64,000 nt of DNA from a virus, in the IMG/VR virus record IMGVR_UViG_3300020411_000483, positions 10,021 to 74,020 of that record. One strand, written 5' to 3'. Of the stretch, positions 19,224 to 29,200 are shown one piece after another. The notes beneath the pieces were generated by a model, which saw nothing but the letters and a program-made list of their open reading frames with translations, did no database searches and was not told the origin of the DNA. A program made the translations under genes and the position numbers. Position 1 is the stretch's first letter; each line of letters begins with the position of its first letter.

Positions 19224-20756
19224 TTAGAATTCTATTACGATTTTAATGTCTTCGATTTGGTCGTTTGCACGACTAATGGATCTCCTGTTATCGATGTAAA
19301 TGATTTGACCATCGTTGGATTTAATTTCAGGTTTTGCATAACCATTGTTAAATTTCATACCCAAATCATATTCAGTATTGTTGATGGTACGTGAGGAGGA
19401 ATTAGGGACGGCTGGGAAGTTAACATCAGGAGCACCTGCTGCACCACTCGTCGCACCACTAATTACGTTAGATCCATCAAATTCATTAAGAGTACCAGTT
19501 ACTTCTGGGAATATACCATCAACTGCGTTTTGATAGTATTTCAAAAGCTTTGTAGTTGCATTCCATGAAATGACTCTACCACGAGCCGTAACGTTAGTAC
19601 CTCCGACTACTCTTGTCTGAGTGATGATTTCATCAGGGACGTAGTTACCTTGGAATGTAGGTGAGAAAATAACTGCTTTAGCTGCTGATACAGTTAAGTC
19701 AGCAAGTAATTCAGTTGTGCCGAATTTTAATGGGTTAGTGATAAGACCAATTCGACGATAGTCATTATCTACAGGGAAGTCACCAGCACCCTCATCATAT
19801 GAGAGTTTGGCATTAATCATTACCCTGAACGCTCCCATCTCCACCACTGGATCATATCCATGACCACCAGGAGGAGGAATGATAACGTCCACCTGACCGC
19901 CAGTACCAGTACCAATACCTGTAATATTGTCAATACTAATTTTACCAAAGGTATAGCCAGTACCACCAGAAGTAACAGTAGCAGAAATAATGCGACCACC
20001 ATCGACGACAATTGAGACACGACCACCAGTCCCATCGCCGTTAATAGCAACATTGTCATAGGTTCCATTGTTATATCCTGACCCTGCTGAGTTTATCACA
20101 ACGGTATCAATTTCACCAGCAACAGCATTTGTCTTCACCGCATCATTGGTGAAAACAGGCATATAGTCATTACTAAAGAATTTTAAAACGGAAGCAACAG
20201 GAATAGTATAAAGATACTTCCAACGATAGCTATCGGCGGTAGTGATAATACTTGTTGAAGTACCTGTCGGCTCCACTGTGGAAGGTTTACCATTTGGGTC
20301 GGATGGACTTGTACCGTTATATATGCACTTATAGACTTGATACTGACTGTTTACAACATAAAAGTCAGAATCGTATAGTTTTGTAGCACCAGATGATGCT
20401 GTTTTACTTGGTGAGTAATCGTGACGATACATGTCATAGGTGAAACCTAGACCACCAGTAGTTTGCTCAGGACTTACCCAGTCGATACGACGTACCACTT
20501 GAACCGTGTCGGCAGCTAATACACGCTTCAGTGAAATCATATCGTCATAGGAAGACGAAAATTCCAAAAAGGAGTCTACTGCTTGTGGAGGTGAGTTTTC
20601 ATCATCCCAAGCTTGAGGTCTACCAATAAAGATATAAACCCTGTCTCTAGTTGCTCCAGCATCGGAGTCACTCTGTGTCGATATTGGACCTTCGAGTGCT
20701 TTAATGAATTTTTGAGCAGAAAAGATTCTAAATTGATCTGTTAATAACGCTGCCAT
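19224..20756 (-). CDS. g8: Baseplate wedge subunit (gp8-like)
   Basis: MAALLTDQFRI, Y.FIGRPQ.W, YDMYRHDYS, FYVVNSQYQVYKCIYNG, YRWKYLYTI, IIYIDNR..ISRA.DQ.EDIKIVIEF. Confidence 0.92.
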   Translation of the reverse strand: MAALLTDQFRIFSAQKFIKALEGPISTQSDSDAGATRDRVYIFIGRPQAWDDENSPPQAVDSFLEFSSSYDDMISLKRVLAADTVQVVRRIDWVSPEQTTGGLGFTYDMYRHDYSPSKTASSGATKLYDSDFYVVNSQYQVYKCIYNGTSPSDPNGKPSTVEPTGTSTSIITTADSYRWKYLYTIPVASVLKFFSNDYMPVFTNDAVKTNAVAGEIDTVVINSAGSGYNNGTYDNVAINGDGTGGRVSIVVDGGRIISATVTSGGTGYTFGKISIDNITGIGTGTGGQVDVIIPPPGGHGYDPVVEMGAFRVMINAKLSYDEGAGDFPVDNDYRRIGLITNPLKFGTTELLADLTVSAAKAVIFSPTFQGNYVPDEIITQTRVVGGTNVTARGRVISWNATTKLLKYYQNAVDGIFPEVTGTLNEFDGSNVISGATSGAAGAPDVNFPAVPNSSSRTINNTEYDLGMKFNNGYAKPEIKSNDGQIIYIDNRRSISRANDQIEDIKIVIEF

Positions 20757-20785
20757 TTAACTATAGGTACTTAATGTCCTTTGTC

Positions 20786-20792
20786 TATTTAT
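20786..20792 (-). promoter_or_regulatory. Late promoter core ATAAATA upstream of g8
   Basis: GATAAATAG in the intergenic gap, about 30 nt before the g8 ATG. Confidence 0.65.
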
Positions 20793-20797
20793 CAAGG

Positions 20798-23700
20798 TTA
20801 CTGAGTCCTTGCTATTGTTTGGAACTCGATGCTCTTAATTCGATAAGAAGCACCACCGTTTCCTACCAGTTTTTCACCACCTAAAATCGCTTGTGCAACT
20901 GCGGTTGTGCCACTTGAAGGTGCAGCGATTGTTATTGTTGGGTGAATATTATATGTATTGTCTACAGTCTGTTTATATCCATAACCACCATTAGTTATGG
21001 TTATAGATGCAACTTGGTCTCCAGCAGCAGTTAAGACTGCTGTACCTGTTGCCTGTATATCACCAATAGCTTCAATAGTAACTCCTGGTACTGAGCTATA
21101 GTTAGTACCAGCATTCTGTATATTGAAATCTATTATAGTTCCTGTATCGGAGAATTTATACAAGTAACCAGCAACACCAACGTTAACATTACCTGTATTA
21201 AATGGTATGATATCACCAACTATCAGTTTACCTGTGCTTGGGTTCCAAGACACTACAGTGCCTTTAACACCAGATACATCACCAGTTACCACTTCATTAA
21301 CTGCATAATTATTTCCATTACCATCATTAGCATCAATAGTGATTTCCATTAATGCTGTATGAGGCACACCTTCATTCAATGCACCAGCAGATGTAATTGT
21401 TGCATACTTGAATGGAATGTCTGCATCTTTAATACTGTCTCCAGCTTGGAATAGGGTTGTGTTTGTGCCACCCTGAGTTTCCTCAATACCATAAAGTGAA
21501 CTGAATATACCACCTTCGAGTGATATTTGGTTTTCAAATTCTGTTCCTGTATTTACTAGGTCAGGAATACCGTCTCCAGCACCAGAGTTTTCTGCGATAT
21601 CTTGGAATTTCTTATCTTGTAATGTTGTAATAGGTACTGTTAATGTAGTAATAACATCACCAGGTGAGTTTAATACCACGTGTGGTTGGAATCCTGAGTT
21701 AGCAGAATCAGCAACACCAGCATCAAACTGTACAATTGCATCTTCTGTAGATGGAATACCTGCATCAATGAATGCCAATTCATCAACTTCAAATGCTACA
21801 AGTAATTCTCTTGTCTGAGCATTCCAGTCATATACTTTTGCTATCTTGTTCTGGGCATTTTCAACCCTTCTAATTACTCGGTCACCAACATTAAACTTAT
21901 AGTTTGAAGTGCCATCAGATAGATTCTGTCCACTATCAAGAATAACACGTTGGTCATAGTTGAAATTAAGACCTCTTGTTACATTACTAAACTTCTCTCT
22001 TGATTTGGAAGAATATGAAACTGTCTCATTTCCAATAATTAATTTACCTGAACCTGGATATGCGTCTGTAGAATCAACATATATCTCAGTCTGACTAGCA
22101 GTCATATTTGCTAGTAGTCCAGTTAGATAGAATGCTGTAGAGTTAAGTGACTGTCTAGCAGCAGTCTTCCTCTTAAGATTAACTAACTTAGTAAAGATAA
22201 CATTAGGAGCAGAGGTAAATCCTTGACCTTGCTCTGTTACTGTAATACCAGTAATTTTACCTTGACTTACTTGAGCAGTTGCTCTAGCACCAATACCGCC
22301 ACCACCAGTAATTAAAACATAAGGTGGTTCTTGATAGAATTCACCAGCATTTACAACACTAATAGATGTAACCTTACCTGTAACATCAATCTTTGCAGCA
22401 CCTTTAGCGTTTTGTCCACCACCACCTTCAACAATTAGAGTAGGAGGAGTAGCAAAACTTCTACCTGGGTTTAATAATGCAAGACCTGTAACAGTTTGGA
22501 CGGTAGGAGTTGCAGTAGCACCAGTACCTCCACCACCTAAAATCTTTGCTTCTGCTGTACCAAAGTAACCATCACCAAATTTCTCCATCCTAATGTAAGA
22601 AACTTTACCAGCATCAGCACCTGTTCCCAATACAACTTCACCTTCTGCACCACTAGGGAATTCTGTAGGAACATCTCCTAAAGTATCACCTTCAAATGTA
22701 GGTACTCCTCTAAACTGAGGTCCAATAACATAAGGATAAACAGGATTACCTGAACTATCCTCTGTCATAAAGTAAGCATAAGTGCCGTTTGGATACTCTG
22801 GAGTAGTAGCAAATCTACCATTAAACTTATCTAAAGTTGCACCAGAAACAGCAGAATCCCAGATATAGTCTTGAGTTAGGTCACCCATTAAGTAACCATC
22901 TTGGACTAATCTAAATCCCATATCAGCTGTTGAATATGAGAATGTATAAAGTAGTCTAGGGCAATCTGTTCTGGGAGCAAATGTTAAACGTCTTTGGGTT
23001 GCAGCATTAAATCCTGAAATATATTCTGTATATGTCTTAGCAACTCCATCTAACTCATAGGTAACACCTTCTGTATGTAAGATTGAAGTATCACCATTAG
23101 CAGTACCAGCCGCTTGCCAACCATTTTCTTGTGTGCTTAATAACAGGAAGTTACTATTATTAGTAGCATGATCCTGATTGAAAACGTATGTCTTACCTCT
23201 GAATAAATTTAAGAATTGTACTTCACTACCACCGACATAGAATTTGCCATTAGATACGGTAATAGTCTGTGTTACTGTAGATGCTGTAACAACAGCAGGT
23301 CTAGCACCGTCAATTTCAACACCAGTTTTTAATCTATATCCTGATACTTCTCTAGCAGCAACACCAGAAGAATTGTATCCCCAAGGTCCATAGATTGGAT
23401 ATCCATCATAGGACATACCTAAAATCTTAGAATGTCCATCTGCATGTCTACCGTAGTCAGGACCAGTAGCAAAGAAATCTGTAACGTAATAATTATTAGT
23501 TGGTGTAAAATTCTCTACTGTAGAATCAAGAATCATATATCCTTCATCACCAGTATATCCAGACATATATCTGTGATACTTACAGTAATAATAGATTCTA
23601 TTAGTCTCATCAGCATTCATCAAGAAGAGTGGCATAAACTCATTCTCGTAATCAGTTGCCCAACCAGCATCTGATCCAGTGCTATTTGTGTATAGTGTGC

Positions 23701-24946
23701 CACCATTTAACAGACCATCTTGTGTGGTACTGAATTGCATTGGGTGACCATGTTGATGTGTCTGAGAAGGTTGGTTACTTGTATCAGATTGATTCCACTT
23801 AATTAGATAATTTCTTTGAACCTTAATGTTTTCAGGTGATAGATACCATCCATTAACATCAAAACTACCAAATTCAGCAGCATCAGGTCCAAAATTAATA
23901 TAGAAAAGACCATTAGGGAATGTAGTAGGGTCATTATTAATGGTCATTTGGAAACCATTTGCACCTAACAGATTATCTCCATTAGCAAATGTGCCATTAA
24001 CAAGTCTTACATATACTCTCTGGACAATACCAGAACCATTTCTAACAATTTTTGCAACTTCACATGTTGCATTACCACCAACTTTTTCAATAAGTCTACC
24101 AACTTCAACACTTCCCATCGTCTCAGAGACGTTACCAACAGGAAGCATTAAGTTATCAAATTCTGTTTTAATATTCCAAGTGAATGTTTGTATGAAACCA
24201 TTTTGAAATGGTCCATTCTTTAATGCTAAATGATTGATTAGTTTATTTGAATGATAATAATAAACGTTATTATCAACTGCACCACCATAAACATCACTAT
24301 TTTTAATGAATGATGACTTTACAGTATCTAAACTGAATCCTACAGGGACATCACTATGTCCTTGTCCCCATTCTGGAGTATGGAGTAACACTCCATTTGC
24401 CATAATACCCAAAGCCTTATTCTTCTGGTCAGGTCTTGGTTCAGCAGCAGGTACGTCCTTACCACCTCTATATACGAATGCTTGATTGAAATTTCTATCT
24501 ACTAAAGGTCCACCACCTGGTGCTCTTTCTGTGCCATAGTCAGCAGGTTTTGGATGATTATCTGAAACAATAGTTAGTCTGTCTGTTGCTCCTGAAAATG
24601 ATGCTGTTGTCGTTGACTGCGGATTGCTTTGCCATATTCTATTAATGTCAAATGACGTAACAACGTTTGGCGTATCAGAAGTTGGTAAAATGTTGAGTCT
24701 GAGTGGATCATAACCCCTCCCTTTGTTTAATACTCGTACATGGACAATCCTACCTGACGCATCGTCAATGATAGGATAGAGTATTGCTTCTTCATCTGGT
24801 GTGCCACAACCAGTAACAGTTAGTCTTGGTGGATCCGCAGAAGTATAATCCTTCCCTCCTTCCAAAACTTCGACTGCTCTAACACCAAATACTTCGTTGA
24901 ATAATGGTTTGATAGAAGCACCAGAACCAGGTATCGTCCTCGCCAT
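20798..24946 (-). CDS. Virion structural protein with YHYH-like domain, cupredoxin-like inserts and GGGG.GA repeats
   Basis: LGIMANGV, YYYH, HSKILG.SYDGYPIYGPWGY, LDKFNGRF..TPEYPNGTYAYF; HGHP...YYCKYHRYM. Confidence 0.8.
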   Translation of the reverse strand: MARTIPGSGASIKPLFNEVFGVRAVEVLEGGKDYTSADPPRLTVTGCGTPDEEAILYPIIDDASGRIVHVRVLNKGRGYDPLRLNILPTSDTPNVVTSFDINRIWQSNPQSTTTASFSGATDRLTIVSDNHPKPADYGTERAPGGGPLVDRNFNQAFVYRGGKDVPAAEPRPDQKNKALGIMANGVLLHTPEWGQGHSDVPVGFSLDTVKSSFIKNSDVYGGAVDNNVYYYHSNKLINHLALKNGPFQNGFIQTFTWNIKTEFDNLMLPVGNVSETMGSVEVGRLIEKVGGNATCEVAKIVRNGSGIVQRVYVRLVNGTFANGDNLLGANGFQMTINNDPTTFPNGLFYINFGPDAAEFGSFDVNGWYLSPENIKVQRNYLIKWNQSDTSNQPSQTHQHGHPMQFSTTQDGLLNGGTLYTNSTGSDAGWATDYENEFMPLFLMNADETNRIYYYCKYHRYMSGYTGDEGYMILDSTVENFTPTNNYYVTDFFATGPDYGRHADGHSKILGMSYDGYPIYGPWGYNSSGVAAREVSGYRLKTGVEIDGARPAVVTASTVTQTITVSNGKFYVGGSEVQFLNLFRGKTYVFNQDHATNNSNFLLLSTQENGWQAAGTANGDTSILHTEGVTYELDGVAKTYTEYISGFNAATQRRLTFAPRTDCPRLLYTFSYSTADMGFRLVQDGYLMGDLTQDYIWDSAVSGATLDKFNGRFATTPEYPNGTYAYFMTEDSSGNPVYPYVIGPQFRGVPTFEGDTLGDVPTEFPSGAEGEVVLGTGADAGKVSYIRMEKFGDGYFGTAEAKILGGGGTGATATPTVQTVTGLALLNPGRSFATPPTLIVEGGGGQNAKGAAKIDVTGKVTSISVVNAGEFYQEPPYVLITGGGGIGARATAQVSQGKITGITVTEQGQGFTSAPNVIFTKLVNLKRKTAARQSLNSTAFYLTGLLANMTASQTEIYVDSTDAYPGSGKLIIGNETVSYSSKSREKFSNVTRGLNFNYDQRVILDSGQNLSDGTSNYKFNVGDRVIRRVENAQNKIAKVYDWNAQTRELLVAFEVDELAFIDAGIPSTEDAIVQFDAGVADSANSGFQPHVVLNSPGDVITTLTVPITTLQDKKFQDIAENSGAGDGIPDLVNTGTEFENQISLEGGIFSSLYGIEETQGGTNTTLFQAGDSIKDADIPFKYATITSAGALNEGVPHTALMEITIDANDGNGNNYAVNEVVTGDVSGVKGTVVSWNPSTGKLIVGDIIPFNTGNVNVGVAGYLYKFSDTGTIIDFNIQNAGTNYSSVPGVTIEAIGDIQATGTAVLTAAGDQVASITITNGGYGYKQTVDNTYNIHPTITIAAPSSGTTAVAQAILGGEKLVGNGGASYRIKSIEFQTIARTQ

Positions 24947-24949
24947 TTA

Positions 24950-26176
24950 TTAAGTTACTACGTTGATTGTACCGTTCATCAATGCATGTAATGTGCATTG
25001 GTAATATAGAGTTGTTGGAGCATCCATAGGGACAGTCCAATATAAAACTGTGATTCCACTACCAGTTTGACCAGCAGTATATGGAGTCCCAGCTAATCCA
25101 GTTGTGCTCTGAATTCTGAATGGGTGACCAGCACCTTGGACAGAATTATCAAATGCATAAGTTTGTCCTCTCTGGACATATAACGTTGGGTCATTTGTAG
25201 CAGCAGAGAAACCTGGTCCAGAGAATGTATAATGGTCTGCACCATCAGCATTCACTTCCCACCAAGTAATTGGACTACGGGTTGGTACCCAGTTTGTGCC
25301 ATTGTAGAAGAGTGAATCTCCTTGGACAAGACCACCAATATTTGTATCAGTCAGAGCAGCAAATGTTGTAGTCAGAGTTCCAGAGAAATTAACTGTCAAA
25401 GTATCCCCAGAAACGGCTGTGGTAATGTTTGTACCACCAGCAATCGTTAGAGTATCAGATTGTGTATTAGCAGTAGTGGATCCTGTATCACCAGCAACTG
25501 ATGCCCAAAGGTTAAGTGAGGATATACCTGAGTCATCATCAGCAGGTGCCCACTTACTTGTAGAAGAATTCCACTTTAAAACTTGATTATTTGTAGGTGC
25601 AGCAGTATTTGTATCAACGTCAACCAAATCATTAACACCTGAATATTGTGTCAATAATTTTGCTTGGGTAGCACCAACACCACCAGCAGTAATATTAATG
25701 TTTACATATGGATTATCATCACCGTTAACTGTAAAGAAATATCCCTTATATGATGCAGCAGCAGGAGAAGCAGCAAGTGATGCCCACTCATTCTTATACT
25801 TTACTGTCGTAGGGAAATCAATTCCTCCACCAGAACCCGCAAATGTATTGGTAACACCACCAACGCCAAGTGTTAAGTTACCCGTGCCATTCGGAGCGAT
25901 ATTGATATTTCCATTACTTGAAGAAACAATACTATTACCGTTAACATCCAAACCAGCAGTGAGGTTTGTATAGTCAGATGGAAGAAATGTCGATCCATTA
26001 TATCTAAGTACCTGTCCTACAGCAGCATTGGTAACACTAAGTTGCAACGTAGTGCCATTACCTATACCAGTGTATATTTCGTTAAAATTGTCATTAATCT
26101 TGTCACCACCAACTCTCAGGGTATCACCCGTGTTGTCGTTAGCTGCAGTACCAAGACCTAGCGTTTGTTTAGCCAT
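24950..26176 (-). CDS. Baseplate/tail-fibre connector (gp9/gp10-type N-terminus) with C-terminal cupredoxin-like domain
   Basis: MAKQ.L.LGT.ANDNTGDTLR.GGDKINDNFNEIY is a T4 gp9/gp10-type N-terminus; C-terminus PTLY..RGQTY.F...GHPF...YYQCTLHALM.GTI.V. Confidence 0.78.
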   Translation of the reverse strand: MAKQTLGLGTAANDNTGDTLRVGGDKINDNFNEIYTGIGNGTTLQLSVTNAAVGQVLRYNGSTFLPSDYTNLTAGLDVNGNSIVSSSNGNINIAPNGTGNLTLGVGGVTNTFAGSGGGIDFPTTVKYKNEWASLAASPAAASYKGYFFTVNGDDNPYVNINITAGGVGATQAKLLTQYSGVNDLVDVDTNTAAPTNNQVLKWNSSTSKWAPADDDSGISSLNLWASVAGDTGSTTANTQSDTLTIAGGTNITTAVSGDTLTVNFSGTLTTTFAALTDTNIGGLVQGDSLFYNGTNWVPTRSPITWWEVNADGADHYTFSGPGFSAATNDPTLYVQRGQTYAFDNSVQGAGHPFRIQSTTGLAGTPYTAGQTGSGITVLYWTVPMDAPTTLYYQCTLHALMNGTINVVT

Positions 26177-26195
26177 TTACCTTACAATTTTTAGT

Positions 26196-26202
26196 TATTT
26201 AT
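26196..26202 (-). promoter_or_regulatory. Late promoter core ATAAATA overlapping the g7 stop
   Basis: CATAAATAAC about 20 nt upstream of the ATG at 26176. Confidence 0.6.
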
Positions 26203-29200
26203 GGGATTATCTCAGGGTCAATTACTTCTTCACCATATTGACTTAAGTCTGGAGCAGTCCAATCATCAGGGACTGAAGTATCAACCGATATACCAGGAGC
26301 AGAATATCCACTTCCTTGGTTAGAAATTACACACTCACCAACACCAACCAGTGCCTTAATCTGTGCGTCAAATCCAGAGATGGAGTCAACCCTTACAGAT
26401 GGTCTAGTTGTATATCCAGATCCAACAGAGGTAACTTGGACACTAGCGATAGACCCACTTGTAATCGTTGCAGATCCAACTGCGTCCTTACCAAAGACTG
26501 ATCCGAGATAGTCGAATGTGATTAGAGAGTTAGAAGATTCAATAACAGCAACTTCTCTGTCTGAAGTCTCACCTTGAATGTCAATAAAGTCACCTGGTTC
26601 AATTGGTGGGACAACTTCAGCAGCGTCAACGTCTGCCTCACTACCCACGTAAGAGAATGCAACGAATGTAGACCCAACACGAGGTATTTCAGAGAAGATT
26701 ATTCGAGAACCAACAAGCTCGAAACCTACGCCTGGTTCCTGAATAACACCATTGAGTGAAACGATGATATTATTTTCTGGACGTATAACCGTAGACTGGA
26801 CACCATCGGTAAGTGTTAGTGAGTAGAATACTCCATTACGCTTGAGGTTGAATGACTGTCTCAATGAGTCGAAGTCGAATGAGATGTCATCTAACTGTCT
26901 CAACTTACCAACGTAGAATCCTGTGAATGCAGACCCTATCGTAGGTGCTTCAGTAAACTGAATTGTGTCTGAGAATGCTGTGTATGCGTTAGCTGCACCT
27001 GGAGGTTGTAGAATACCATTAACAAATATGAGCATATGTCCTTCAGAGTCAGGCAAGTATGCTGTACCATTATTCTGTGTAAGTTTGAATTGTGTTTGGA
27101 CACCATCGAATCCCTTGAAGGATCTCTTAACACGTGCCTTAATATCTTGCTTACTCTTAACAACTGCCTTATATCCATTAAGTGACTTGATTGCGTCCTT
27201 AGTATCGAAGGTACCTACGATGTCACTCATGTAGATACGCTTGTTAACACCAACTGTCTCAATGTCTTGGACAAGAGCACCAGCAGCACCTGCTGTTACA
27301 ACAGAAGTTGTAATGGTTGCGTAACCAACTGGGAAGGATTCACCTTGACCGTAGTCACCAACGATATCACCGTTAGTTAGTGATCCCATTACAGGAGCGT
27401 AGTAGATGTAGTTATTGCTTAGGTCAACTGAAGTAATGATACCGTAATTTGCAGTATCTTGGACACCTGATACAACCTTATAAAGTCTGTTACCAACAGT
27501 GAAGTTATTCAAGTTGGTTAGTATGCTAATACCAATTCTTGTGTATCCGTCTGATACAATTCTATTACCGATAGCAACATCTAAACCACCAAACTTAGCA
27601 ACCTCTAAGTATTGTCTTGAGCTTTCTGCGTAAACAACAGCAGTCTTCTCAAATGTTCCTAATAGAGATGCAGTATCAACAACTAACTTACCACCAGTGT
27701 TTGTAAGGACAGCAGCTTCAGCAGTGATATTTGCGTTAACATCAGCAGTAGCACCCGAAGTATATCCTTGGAATCCTACATTAGCATCAAATGTACCAAT
27801 CTTATCGATGATATGCATTCTTGTCTCAATGTTACTAATCTGACAAGTAGTTGAGTTAGCAGCACCGACTATAGTGTCTAGGACTGCGAATGTACCAGCA
27901 GTAATCTTAACATCGACATACTTGAAGTTAGCATCTTCATGGAATCCATAAACAATACCTGTCTTAGTGTTATCACCTTGCTTTTGAATTGCCTCATTCA
28001 TTGTGAATGGACCATCAGTGATAGTGCCATCAATTCTGAATCTGGAGTAGACTTGGACAATCTTACCTTCATTCCTTGTGATTGATTCAACTTCAGCATA
28101 TGCACCTGAAGTACCACCAAAGAAGTTGTCAGCATTATTAATTCCACCACCAAGAGGTATTGGAATATCTCTAGTGCCGTATGTCTTAGCAGGAGTAACA
28201 ATACCAGTTTGATTGGTAATATTTGTATAATGAGCGTTATTAACAAGTTGCTTCTTAACCATACCTAAGAGATATCTCACAACTCTCATAATTGAGAGAG
28301 TGTTATAATCTTTTGCTAAAGTAGCAGAGGTGAATGCGTAGAAGGAAGCACCAGGAGAAGGAGAAGTTAGACTTTGAGAAAGTGCTCCATCAATCTGTGT
28401 TTCTAATGTCTCAAGAATGTAATTCTTAATGTTGAAATCGTTATCAGCATAGAATGTTGTGCCGTATGCAGAAACATATGGGTCAAGTGCAGACTTAGTT
28501 AGTTTTGCACCCCAAACATATACACCACTTACACCATCACCAGCGTAGTTAGTTGAACCACCAGCATTCTTAACGATAACCTTGTTAGTTAAGGTTGTGA
28601 AACCGAAGGAGAATGTAATTTGAATATATGCTCTTATCCATCCACCACCAACAGGGACTGATCCATATGCGTTAGCAGTAATACCTTGCTGAGGTGTGAA
28701 TATGCTACCGAAGGATGCGTTACTTAAATCAAGGTCAAAGAATGCATTCTGCTCTGCTGATGTACCAGTATCCAATGTCATTTGGAATCTAACCTTATCA
28801 AATTCTGCTTTCTTAATGAATGCAGAGAATGTGAATGTCTGAGCAGTAGTAATAGCACCTTCGTCAAACTTCTGACCTGTAGTATCCCACTTGATAGAAG
28901 TATCATCAAATGTATCGTAAGCAGTTAGACTATAATTTCTTGAAATTGTATGCTCACCAGTGCTACTATCAACTACAACCTTCTCAGCAAGTAATTGATC
29001 GTCTGGGTCAGCAGTTACATTACCGTCTATACTAGAACCGCTTGCAGTCCAGTTAGCAGTAAAGTCTTCAGGATTAGTAAAGAGGTTAATACCTGCAACT
29101 TGATCAGCAATACCTGTTGTTATAATTCTTGTAGAAGCAAGTGACTGGACGTTAGCAACAGTTGTGTAGTAATCGTAGGTAGGACCAACAACATTAACTA

